From assembly GCA_964247055.1 (NCBI GenBank), contig OZ176050.1, positions 14,074,001 to 14,138,000 on the forward strand: a stretch of DNA of 64,000 bases, in the 5' to 3' direction. Made by a program: the position numbers and the translations under genes. Positions 34,501-46,557 of the stretch are shown here, in pieces. Origin of the DNA: Paragordius varius. Lineage: Eukaryota > Animalia > Nematomorpha. Within the stretch, counting starts at the first letter, position 1. Every line of letters begins with the position of its first letter. The notes beneath the pieces were generated by a model. It saw only the letters and a list, made by a program, of their open reading frames with translations. It was not told where the DNA came from and ran no database searches.

Positions 34501-37500
34501 GCGTTAAATTGGGATACTCTTTATAGCTCTGTGAGCTATATTAGTATTTTTCGACGTATACCTCCCTTTTTAGAAATGGATGTTGTGAAAAAGCATCCAT
34601 ATCGTAAACCTATTGCACGTAATACGCCCGAAAATGCAGAGGCGATGTATTCTATATATTTTTTCAACTCTCATATTAAAATTTTTTTAAATTTTAGATA
34701 TCATTTTGCACAAGAACTGATGCCTGTAAGGGCTGAAGATCAAATGTATCTTGATGAATGCTCATTTGTTATGAATAGGAACAGAAAATGGGTGTGGGTG
34801 GGAAGAAATGAAGAAATGGTTCTTAAAGAGTTAAAAAGAGCCCGAAATATTTCACTCATATGTGTTATTGGGCTAAAAGGTGTGTTGCCCTATGAAATAT
34901 GCGATGGCGCTTTTAATGGCCAAAATTTTTTGAGTTTTCTTAAAAACTTTTCCATTAAAATTAAATAATAATCAAATTATAATAATTATGGACAATGCGC
35001 CAATTCATCACGCAAGAATTTTGAATAGTTATAAAAATAAAATATCTGCCACCTTATAGTTCCGTCCAAATTAATCCCATATAGCTTTCTTTCCAAAACT
35101 AAAAGTAAAATTAAATTCTTTGGAATTAAAAATGAATTTAAAAGTTTTACCAATTAAAATTATTATAGATACTTTCTGCATAACAGTTTAGCGTTGAGAG
35201 AGTGCCTTTTAAAAAAAACCCTTGGTATCAGAAAATATTGGACGCAGAGTAAGGCGAAAATTAGTCAGATTGTATGAAAACAGTTAAATATTTTTAGTTT
35301 TTTAATATGGTAATTTTTGCCCTTTAAAGGTAGGTTTTACCTTTTTATATAAACTGTATGACATTTTATACCGGTAAATAAGTATTATTTAAATTTGCAT
35401 AATTTTTAGCAATATTTATTTTATGTAGTTGAGTTTTTTTTTATCAAATTTTATATTTTTGAACCTAAGAAGCAATATTAGCGTTTTATATTCAAACACT
35501 TTTAACCCAATACTTATCTTTATCTGTCTTTATTGTATTTATTATTTTTATATAATATTATAAATAAGATTTCCCATATGATGCCTTCGAACATTAATTT
35601 ATGATTTATATTATGATATTACATTTATATATAAATAAATTTATTTAAAATTAAAAATTATTTGCTTATTGTTCATAGCTTTTGAATAACTTATAGAGGG
35701 TAATCGAAAAATATCGGTTTGGTATATTTTGTGTGATTTAATTAGTAATTATTATCCATCTTTTAAACCTCTAAAATTTATAATTTAAATATATTTTATT
35801 TGCATACAGCGATGTTTTATATAAATATATATTATTTTTCATATTGGTTGGTATTTATAATTATATACACAACCAAAAAACATTGATTTTTACCTGTCCA
35901 AATTTTTTTAAAAAATTGATAATAACATGCAAAACCTAAAAAACAAAAAAAATTAAAAAATAATAAAATTTTTCTCACATCCAAATATTTTTACCTGTTT
36001 TTATAACAACAAAAATATTTTAAAATCATTATTAATTAACAATGCAATACAGAAAAAACAAAAATTTTTCAAACCTGAATGTTTTTACCTCTCGTTAATA
36101 CAGTATGTCAAAAATATTTAAAAATTATTAATAATTAACAATGTAAAAAAACCAAAAAAATAATTTGACTAAATTTATTAAAATCGCACCTTTTACCTGT
36201 AAATATTAAAATGTCCAAAATACTTATGAATTATTAATTATTAACAATGGAAAACATAAAAAACAAAAGGATATAAAATTTACATAAATTTTCTTAAACC
36301 CAAATATTTTATGTCTTTATTAACACTTCGATTCAAATTGGGGTATCTAAATACCGCAGACTACATTTAAGTTTTTGTTTTTAAAAAACTACTGAAAGAA
36401 ACAGTCCCAATTTAAATTTATGCTTCTAACCTAATAAAAATTATATAAATATGCCGTAATATATAAATAAAACTCATATTTAAAAAAAAGTTCTATATCA
36501 AACTCATTGGACGCCATTTTTATTTTACAGTTGCAAAATATCATGAAAATTAAAGCTAATTTTTTATTTAAATCACATCTAAAACTTTGTATTATTTTTT
36601 AATTAGCTATAGCAAACTTATCATGTGGACTAAATTTTAACCTAAAGGTTTTACTATAAAATAAGAAGTTTTTTAAAAAATTCTTTTGATATATTCCAGT
36701 TTAGAATATTATATGAGTGCAAATTTTTGCCATGATTTCAATTCCTTCCATATTTTTTGAATTATTTAATTTTAAACAGGCCTGGGGTATCCAGCTAACC
36801 CAATTTGAATCGAAGGACTGAAATGAATGTGTTGTATTCAAGTGTTAATATGTCAAAATTTTTTAGATTTATAATTATCTAAAATCTATTTAAATTTTCA
36901 CAAACCTATATATATTTACCTGTGTTTTTTTAATTAATAATTACAACTATATAAAATAATAAAAATACCAATTTTGCATAATACAGGTATTTATCATGTT
37001 GAAAATATTAATTATTAAATTTAGCAATAATTAACATAAAAAATCTTAAAATGCGTATTTTACTATTTATTTATTTGTTAAAGATAAAAGCCCACAAAAT
37101 TCCACATCTAAAATATTAACCTAAATTGCTATAATATTCTCAAAACTATTTAGCATTACAAAATATCCATCAAATTAAGTCTATGTTAATACACGTCAAT
37201 TTAAATATTTTTTTCGAAAAAAAGTTATGCTATACAATTTATTAAAAATAAAAATGAAGGGACTAACACAAAAAGCATTAGCTATTCAACTAGTCTTTTG
37301 GAAAAAATACGGCTTTGAATTTTATATCAGAAGTAAATTACCATATCCCGATTTATATGCTTATTTTTTGCCCATCTAATTAATTATATTGTATCAAAAT
37401 ATGTATATAGGTGCTATGTAAATCTAAAAATATTATGACCAAAATCAGAACTAGTATTCGTTTAAAAAATTGAATAATAAACAAAAACCAATAATCCGAA

Positions 37501-39094
37501 AAATGTTAGGTCTCAAAAAACAAATATAAAAACTCCAACAAATAAAACAAAAAAGTATTGCCTAAATATCTTATATTACCGTATCAATACTTAAAATATT
37601 TTCAGATCAAATACTCAATACAGTATATTTTTGCAAAAAAAGTAAAATTATTTGACGCCAAAAAAATAAAATCAACCTTCATTTGTTTCATAAGTTCAAA
37701 CATTTGTTCAGCCGGTAAGCTAGCTACGGCTTTTACAATAGCTTCTGCCCCATTGGTATTCAAAGACGACTGTTCATTATTCGCTGTTTGAGAGGGTTCA
37801 ACATTTACATTGTTTTCTCCATTTTGTAATGCATGTGGTGGTTTCTGAACTAGATTATAGCATAATAAGAATCGAAATTGTATAAATACGGTAAAAAAAA
37901 CTTCACAATAAGTCAAATTCTTAAAATCATTAAATGTTTACTTTATATATATATATATATATATATTCTACTTTATACATAAATTTTTTAATGATGGCAT
38001 TAACACAAACATAAGAGAAACGTTTCATCAGCGCTGAAGATTACATACGCCTAATGTCAACGCAACTAAACCCACAAGAACTCCGCAATCACATATAAAT
38101 GGAGCCAATAGACAAATTTATCCACCGTATGAATCCTGATAATCCGATTAGAACCTCATCTGACTCATTCTACCTTGAAACAATAAGCCCGGTCGTCCTC
38201 GTTTAACTTGGGCTAAAAAATCTATATTTCTGAAAACTCAAACTGCAAAAACAGATTGTATTGGTAAAAAAACTATTTCATAAAAAGCTGGATAGTTTAC
38301 GATGGTGAACCATCAAAACTCATTGTTAAACAAAAACAACATGCATACAGTTCATAAAATTTTTAATATACATTCATCAACTAAAAAACTTAACCATTTT
38401 CAACAATTAGTTTTATGAAAATTGGACCGGAATAAGTAATATATCAAAATTTGGAATTAAAAAGTGATCATGCACAAAAGGGGTTCGAGTAGTTTTGTTT
38501 AGAAAAACAAAGGTGCATAGCACCGTTAATATATTTTTTATTGTGATTTAACAGTAGAAAAACATTTAAAATACAAAATTACAAATAAAAGGTACATCAA
38601 TGACTTAATACACTGTGAACGATTATTTATTATTTAAATAAAATAGATTATTATTTAAAATACTTATTCTTAATTAAATATTCATTTATTTTATGATCGA
38701 ATATGTGAAATAAAAAAATTTGATAATGCAAAAATATGACAGAAAAAGACAATATTTCCATAAATGGCCAATTATGCGAAAAACTTGGGATATACTTTGT
38801 GTGCAAATCAAAACAGTTTCTAAATGTACGATTTTGGTTTTAAGGCATACGAGTAATTGCACCAAATTTGATAATTATATCCCAATAAAGCCAAATTCAA
38901 TGGCATATGCTGTAAAATGCTTATTTTTATTAAAATTATTTTAATAAATTAAAAACAAAAAAGCATTTTAGGGCAGACGATTAATTAATTGATAGACAAA
39001 ACGAGCTATAAGACAAAAAATATTTTTAAAAGCAGCCATTTAAACTTTATCGTTGTGGGTTGTGTGAGGAATAGAGATTTAAATTGGTAGATAT

Positions 39095-39127
<33 letters not shown>

Positions 39128-40896
39128 CATAAAAAAATCAAGATATAATAAATGTTAGTTGTTTGATTGCTATTAATTTTTGCCTTATTAATTCAAAATT
39201 TTAGATAATATAAACCAACTTACCCTATGCCTCTGTCAGCAACCCAAAATGATAGAATATTTATAAAAATTAAGGTGTAATATAATATGATTGCCTTTAA
39301 AAAAAATATATCAATCTTTCAACTCTGAATTTATGTCTTTATAACTCAATTTTTATTGTCCTCATTGTAATTAAATTTTTAATCAAATTCACTAACTTGG
39401 GTTGTTGGTTGTTCCACTCATATCCCTATTATTAAAGGTAGAAGGTTGAGACAAACCGCCCACTTGTTGATAATTTAATGGTATAGAAGTATGTTGGTTT
39501 ATATTAGGCATAGATGCAAGGCTCATAGGAGCTATATTTGCGCCATATGGAACATTACCAAAATTCATAGCATTATTCATAATAGCGTTGTTGTTGTTTA
39601 AATTTTGATTTGTTCCATCATAAATAAATGTAGATGAACCCTGGGAAATAGAGAAATAATTTATGATTATTACAAAAAAATGATATTAAAAGGAAAAATA
39701 TTATTTTTAGTTTATTTATTAAATAATGTCTATTATTTTAAAAGTTTAGATAACGTTGCTACAAAAGAAAAAAATCGTAATGTTGTTGATAGTGAATTCT
39801 CTGATTATTAAATAAATTTTGTCACTTTTTTGCAATGAAATGATGTGATCTAAAGACACTTAGATAAAGGGTACCCTTTTTCGAAAAATATCAATATTCA
39901 CATTATTTTGAAATAGAAATACTTAATAAACACACTGTTTGGAAATAATCTTATATTGATCTTACTGTATAAGGCGCCGAGGTATTTAAAGGATTTATAG
40001 GATTATTCTTGGAAGGATCAAAGGAAATATTGAAAGTTGACCTAGCAGTTTGCGCATTAATATCAGAATAATTTACGTTTGGATTGGGTTGTTGATTATA
40101 GAAAGCGTTGGCGTTGGTATTAATGTTGCTTGAGGCCGCATACTGATTAACTAAGAGGGTAAATAGATAGATAGAATATATCATTGGAGATTCTTCGTTT
40201 TTATAATTTTATAAAAACTTATAAATTATTTTCCTCAGTAAAATATAATTATTATTATAATTGCCGTAAAAATGAGTTAAAAATATAGGATATTTTTCCA
40301 ATTAGATTAAAATATTATTTTAACATATTAATTTTTACGGAACCGATTTATATTTACTTATAATTAAAAAATTAAACTGATACATATTCACCCAACAAAA
40401 CAGAATTCAAAAAGTTTAAATTTAATAACTCTTTATAATTATAAGATAGCATTGATTATCATTTTATAACTTATATTCTTAAGATCAATTATTGGTAAAT
40501 TAAAATAATAGTTAACTAGCGATAAAAAGTTGAAGTTCAATACTAAAATTTAAAAATTACAAGAGCCTTTTTCGCTTAGAGCGCTGTCCACTCTCAAAAT
40601 GCGACCATGTATTTCAACATTTGTTAGATTCCTTAAAGCTGAAAGGGCTGTTTCAGGGTCTTTGTATTCACAAAACCCATAACCCTTGGGCTTGCCAGTT
40701 TCTCGATCATACATCAGCCTTAAAGTTAGATTTTAAACAATATACTTGAATGACAATATAGGTCCAACTTCTGAAAACACTTCTTTCAATTTTTCTTCGG
40801 TGGCTTCATAGGGAATGTTTCCAACTTAAAATTAATTTGAAAGTTACCAAAAATGCTCCTAAGAGGGCGATCAGTGGTGAACGCAGGGTTAGCCAT
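25594..40896 (-). CDS. CSTF2: Cleavage stimulation factor 64-kDa subunit (RRM, hinge, C-terminal domain); 14 exons by hand
   Basis: Exons 40896-40848, 40824-40746, 40718-40561, 40150-39966, 39640-39397, 37849-37677, 31116-30997, 30350-30276, 29506-29419, 28682-28634, 26966-26818, ~26474-26369, ~26244-26193 and ~25821-25594 join in phase. [52 protein letters not shown]; hinge [34 protein letters not shown]; [23 protein letters not shown]. Confidence 0.95.
25938..26095. mobile_element. Small TA-flanked MITE (CAGTATGCATT family)
   Basis: Homologous to 27058-27232. Confidence 0.55.
27058..27232. mobile_element. Small TA-flanked MITE (CAGTATGCATT family)
   Basis: Imperfect TIRs of about 60 bp (GCTTATTTCACACTATA..GGGCAATT.GCAACACAG and its reverse complement). 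Confidence 0.7.
27412..28010. mobile_element. Foldback-like MITE F2, degenerate
   Basis: TACCATTT terminus with decayed TTCAAGTTGGTCCTT units; mirror units at ~27915-28005. Confidence 0.65.
28943..29260. mobile_element. Foldback-like MITE F1
   Basis: Four left-arm 21-bp units and a shared core. Confidence 0.75.
29790..30006. mobile_element. Foldback-like MITE F1, short-armed copy
   Basis: Shared core; right end GGGTGAATTTGAAGTGTAAATGGTA-TA. Confidence 0.65.
31125..31478. mobile_element. Foldback-like MITE F1, best-preserved copy
   Basis: TA-TACCATTTACAGTTCAAATTCACCC...GGGTGAATTTGAACTGTAAATGGTA-TA; about 3.5 left and 5 right 21-bp units. Confidence 0.9.
32175..32747. mobile_element. TTAA/CACTT piggyBac-like MITE (left arm of the palindrome)
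   Basis: CACTTGGATAC...GAATCGAAGTG-TTAA. Confidence 0.8.
33930..34570 (-). pseudogene. IS630/Tc1/mariner (DDE_3) transposase fragment with an intron, left arm
   Basis: [36 protein letters not shown]; candidate intron 34354-34307. Confidence 0.8.
34572..35085 (+). pseudogene. IS630/Tc1/mariner (DDE_3) transposase fragment, right-arm mirror copy
   Basis: [36 protein letters not shown]; candidate intron 34647-34697; frameshifted downstream. Confidence 0.8.
36324..36844. mobile_element. TTAA/CACTT piggyBac-like MITE (right arm of the palindrome)
   Basis: TTAA-CACTTCGATTC...CAAGTG-TTAA. Confidence 0.8.
37990..38280 (+). pseudogene. 5'-truncated RTE-like LINE 3' remnant next to (TA)n
   Basis: Decayed ...[11 protein letters not shown] motif; (TA)n at ~37945-37965. 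Confidence 0.45.
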
Positions 40897-40939
40897 ATGT
40901 AAAATTTTAGACTATACAAATCATGATTTAAAATATAAA

Positions 40940-41366
40940 CACTTCGATTCAATTGAAGGATATTAATCAGACTATTTATAAATTAATATTTCCATACCGA
41001 AAAAAAACAGTCCCAATTAAATTTTTTACTTCCATCCCATTAAAAATTATATAAAAGTCAAGATATCTAAATAAAATTTTGTTTTGAAAACATAATCCGT
41101 GTCAAACTATTTGGACGCCATTATTATTTTACAAAAATTTGTAAAATTTTGTATTATTATTCAATTTACCCAAAGCACATATGTTTCATAGACAAACCTC
41201 TGAGTTTTACATTAATTTTTTTTTATATATTTCAGTTTTATAATGCAATATTTTGCCATGGTTTCGATTCCTTATTTATTTTTAAGTATAAATTCAAACA
41301 GGACAGGGGTATCCAACAACCCCAATTTGAATTGAAGGACTGAAATGAATGACTTGTATCCAGGTA
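40940..41366. mobile_element. TTAA/CACTT piggyBac-like MITE immediately upstream of CSTF2
   Basis: CACTTCGATTCAATTG ... GGGGTATCCAACAACCCCAATTTGAATTGAAGGACTGAAATG...TTAA. Confidence 0.75.
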
Positions 41367-41899
41367 TTAATACAATGTAAATAATTTGGAGAAAAATTTA
41401 ATAATAATCCTAAAAATTACGCAACTAAACCTTTTTCATTTTTTAGTTTATATTTCAAAAATCTACTAAGTTTCTATTATATTGGGCCGTATCAAAAAAA
41501 TATATATTAATGGTATAGGAGGATTTTTTTGAAGATTTTAAATAATAATAGCAAACTTTTTGCCGTAAAATTCTTTTTTGTTTAATTTTTATATCGGGTT
41601 TAATATTTTATAATTAAATTATGGATTTTTCCTCTACACATTTTAACAATTTGTTTTATTTTAGTAATAGTAAAATCTACAGTGTTTTTATATTTTTTAT
41701 TACAGTAATTACATTTGAGTACAACACATTCAGTTCAGTCTTTTGTTTGTAATTTAAGCCCGCCTTATAGAGTCAATTTTTAATTTGGAGTATCCAGTTA
41801 TTTCAAATAGTATTAAAATGTGCTCACAGGTTACTGTTTTTTTAAATTTTAAAACAGTTAGACACATTTGAATTTAGATATATTATTTTATTTAAATAC

Positions 41900-42560
41900 A
41901 CAGCATAGTTACCCCTTTTAATTATCTTATATCCAGCTATTATTTTTTTAAGAAAACTAAGTGCTCTAATTAGAATACTGATTATGATTGTGTTTTGTTT
42001 CAAAACAAAGACACTTTTGGCCAATGCTTTAGCAGTGGGGTTGAGCTCTACCTTTTTAAAGACCACTATACAAGAACGACCAAGCTTTGAATTTTCGGAA
42101 AACCCATGAAACCATAAGGGAAGAAATACATTAATAGCTAAAATTTCGGACGCTGTTTTATATAAATATCTGGTTTCTTATCTGTACACCATATAAAACC
42201 GATATATCGTATAAATGTTTGCCACATTGTATTAGCCCATAATTAGTGTTGTGCCGTCAGGTACGAAAAAATAAACTAGGTCATTTTGATTTCATTTTTA
42301 ACGTAATGGATTTTGCCAGTTAATCGATAGATTTACCGACTCCAAGAATTGTCTTCACTAGTCAGGAGAGTTATTTTATACCCCTTCAAGTAGTGCTGGA
42401 AGTTATTTATGCATTAATATGTACAAATTCCCAGAGAAACTGTTTGGATGAAAATCGTTTAAATAAAGTAATGGCCGTTAAATTAACTATTATTGATTTA
42501 AATGAGGATGATATATTTATTGATTGATTTTGTGTATTTGTAATGTTAATAATTGTATTT
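41900..42560 (-). CDS. Possible multi-exon hypothetical gene
   Basis: Stop-free protein-like stretches (QSLPNTIINITNTQNQSINISS...FLWEF / HYLKGYKITLL / ASEILAINVFLPLWFHGFSENSKLG...) are bounded by plausible short GT..AG introns. Start and end are unresolved. Confidence 0.3.
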
Positions 42561-44219
42561 GGCAATGACTGGTGTATATATTTGGATTAAATAAAATCCT
42601 TCGACAATTCTTTTCGCTCTTAATAATAATTTATAACTTGTTTTGTTACAAATTTAATTCTTAACGCAAGTCTTAGATTTAAAACTTTCTATAAGGCCTT
42701 GTTTATGATAATGAATTTTAAATTATCATTGTATTTGTGATAGTATTCTTTAAAATATATTTTCATTTTAAAACCTTTTTTAAATAATTTTTATATGTAT
42801 TTATGTATGTAATATTTATTTTTGAGTTTACATTTGGTTTAACCTAGGTCAGACCCCTTTTTCAAAAACGGGGTCAAAATTAAAACCCTAGCCATAACAA
42901 GTACAAATTATATGAATAATTTAAGGCCACAAAAAGCACTTTTAGGGCTGCATGTAGCCAGTGAGCCTCGGTTTAAATACAACTGCTCTACATAATATTT
43001 GATGGGCATACATGTAAGGTGGCAAAAATATTTAGTTTGGCGCTTTTTATAAATGAGGTATTCTTTCTACCCTTTGTTAATAATGTCCTATAAAACAACA
43101 TGGCTTTAAAGTAACTTATTATGAGATAAGCTATATATATAATCATTAAGGTTTTAGGAATTTTTCCATAAAAGTTTTTTCCCAGAGTTTTGGACTAGCC
43201 GTTTGTTTAGCGAAATAGGCGTCAAAAATTTAAGTAAATCGAAAGTGATTTTTTGTCCAAGTTATGACATAATCTTAATGATGATTTCAAATACTTCCCG
43301 TACACGAGGACAAATTTTAGTCGAGTGCTTTTTTAAATTCGCTCCCTAATGATGTCTAAATTTTTATTAAATACGCCATAATATGAAAAAGGGTAGCTTA
43401 AAGGCATTTTTTGGCTAGCTTATGCCTATGTGTCATTCAATAACATAAATAACTCAATAACTTTTTTAACACATAGTTACGGCCATAAACTATCCTAATT
43501 TCGCCACCATACAAATATATCTTAGATTAGAATTTTTCGGATATAAAATTATATGGATTGAAGAATGATAGACTATATTTCCCATTTAATCGTTAAAGTT
43601 AAGAATATTTCCAATTGATTCAAAAAGTTTTATTAAAACTCCTAAGAATGGACAAAAAAATTTTTGTATTAACAAACGAATGGTGTTTTTGATATATAAT
43701 AAATTATAATCACTTTACTTTTAATATTATTTATTGAAAAAAATTAGTTATGACTAAACGGAAAACCCGCTTAAAATTTAATTATATTTTAAAATTTCTT
43801 TGGTAAATAATTAAACATTTATGTGATACAATTAGAGATTGGGGACAAAGCCTAATAGATTAAAATATGGGTTATTAATAAAATATATTTTTAGACTATA
43901 AAAATATATTAAAATTAAAATTAAACAGTTTTAATTAAATTATAAACCAAAAAATATAATTTATTTTATTTATTCTGTTTCCAATGTTTAACACTATATA
44001 AACAAAGGGATACCTATATATAATATATCTATATAGATATATAATGCAATCATTTGTTTGATATATTTTAATAAATTTTAAATTCAATATATAAATTTTT
44101 TAGTAGGTCATCCATTATAAAACAATGAGATCAGCATTTGTCAAAAATCAATCAATAATAAATATGAATATTTAAAAAAAAATTCAATTGATTTTACGAT
44201 TGGTATATATTAAATTTAA

Positions 44220-46518
44220 ATGACAACTGCTCAATACTTATCTTTCAATCGAAGCTGGAATCCACTGCCGAAAAAGGGGTGGGACCTGTTTTTTGCTACA
44301 ATATTTTGTTTTCAAGCAACTTTTTTGGTTTACTTTCTCTATTCCAACAATAACTATCGATCAAATATCGTAATAATTGATTCAATTAAGCATCCACCAT
44401 TTATAAATGTATTACCGAAAAATCTGCCACCATCATCTTTCATTACAGAAAAATCAATATCTATTTTCCCAAATGTAAAGACAAATATTTTATCTTTTTT
44501 TCAACAGAGTCCACGATATCTTTCAACGCCTGCAACAAATAGTATCAATGAACTTCAAGTATTTTTTGACTATATAAAACAGTTTTTGGGTAAACTATAA
44601 AATTTAAATTTTGTAATATTTTAGCATCAAACTAAATCTCAACTTCGATTGACGCCTGTAATAGCTCCTTCCCAAGAACCACCCAAGCGGACCCCATCTT
44701 TCAATGATAAAACTAATCAAAGTACATATCAAAAATTTATCAATTTCCAAATATTGCAACTAAAAATTACCCTAAAACAGTTTAGAACGAACGTTCGAAA
44801 TCATTCCTTATATTATTAAAAGTATCAATATAAACATCCTAAAAATATAAAGGCTAACTCTCAGTTGAAATCAATATTTTTGGCATATACTGTATTTGTA
44901 TTTCAATTCTAGTAGTTTGTTTGATAAATACATTCACAAATTAATTATATAATAATTTATATCACTTCAATAATTGAATAAAATTTTTTATTAGCAAACG
45001 AGAATGGAATAGAAAAAAAATGGTAATGTAAATTATTATTAATCTCCCCCATATTTTTTATCATACTATTTTTCTGTCGAACAAACTAAAGGGTATTTTA
45101 AGGAAAATTATATTTAAAGTTAAAGATTCATTAAAAATTTAAATAATATACAATTAATATTTTGCCTCTATTATTAAACAGAACTAACCAGTGAAGAAAT
45201 TAATTACAATACCTTGTTACCAAACATATTTTTTGTGCGAGGATCTCGCTTGGCTGGATCATCTGTTCAGAACATCCTATTCCGTTTTGGATTAATCAAT
45301 AATTACACCTTTATACTACCTGAGTTTGATAAGTTTGTCGAACAAATTAGTAAAAATTATGCTAAAAAGAGTCCATCTCTAATATTTCATTCAAATCTTG
45401 AACAAATAATTGAGAATTTGATTAAACTTAAAAATATTAAAAATCATGCCAATCCATTTATGATATGTCATGAATTTGCCCAACCTATGGATGTGAAACA
45501 AATGAAAGCGCTGGAAAATGCTTTATATAGTATAATGAACATATATAAAATATTGAAATAAAAAATTATATTGTTCATTAAAGTATTAATTTTTTCATGA
45601 ACTTTTATGAGGTTACACTTATCAAAATTAGCGATCAAATTTTAACTTTTTCATAGATTTAGTCAATCTTTTTCTTATAAAAATACCCGCTCCTACAAAA
45701 ATTACATACAACTAACTAGCATGGAAACAACCTTATTTAAAACGATATTTTAATTATATAAAATATTTTTAACCACAGGAGGTCAGGACTGACAACATAT
45801 TAACTTTAATAATCCCATTTTTGAACTGTGGATCGGCCAAAATTCTGATACTAAAACTGATTAAAATAATTTTTCACATGTAAATAGCTGCAATTTGGCA
45901 TTATAAATTAATATTTTATCTATCTATAACTTTTTTTGCCATAGAAGTAAATGGGCGACCACTTCTGCGTATTGGTATGGTCCGGGATCCCGTAAAAGTC
46001 TTTGAATCCAATTACGATTACAATCATATAATGAGATATAATTGGGGCGTAAGATTAGATGAATACATTAAAGATCCTATAAGAAATTGGATACACTATC
46101 TAAATTACAAGGCTAAAAATGATTTAACAAGTCAGCTTAATGTGGACTCTAAAAAGATAGAATCTTATATTTTTAGGATTACAAAACTCTCAAGATCACT
46201 GAGAGACACAATTTTGACCGAATATGGCTGGAACTTTGGGTGGAAAAAAATTCAAAGTAATGTTAATCAATTAATATGATTTGTGAATTATTTTAGATTC
46301 TACAAATGTACAAGATTTTTCTCACTATAAAAACCTCAAATTATTGGAAAGGTTATATCGGTCCAATGTTAGACAATATATGGCTAGCGTATTGGAACAT
46401 TTTGATCTTATTATGGTGGCTGAATTTATGGAAGAAAGTTTGGTGTTGTTAAAAGATTTGCTACAATCATTTTATGACAAACACATGCTTTTTACGGAGG
46501 ATAATAATGACAAAGCAA

Positions 46519-46557
<39 letters not shown>

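Larger units (their letters stand above)
31771..37200. repeat. Giant imperfect inverted duplication (arms ~2.6 kb, spacer 34431-34571)
   Basis: Segment-by-segment mirror: 31771-31920 vs 37050-37200; MITE 32175-32747 vs 36324-36844; 33100-33500 vs 35400-35870; transposase 33947-34430 vs 34572-35080. Confidence 0.9.

Noticed and set aside
33947-34968. Bacterial IS630 contamination or recent horizontal transfer
   Set aside because: It carries a GT..AG intron, matches host base composition, is decayed, and is embedded in a host intron.
31771-37200. Palindrome as an assembly or amplification foldback artefact
   Set aside because: The arms differ by many substitutions and indels, whereas artefactual foldbacks are near-identical.
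42851-42890. Helitron 3' end (GACCCC...GGGGTC hairpin followed by CTAG)
   Set aside because: It is not followed by T, no 5' TC end or Rep/helicase was found, and AAACCCTAG equally resembles the hAT-type CAACCCTAG terminus seen at 15427.
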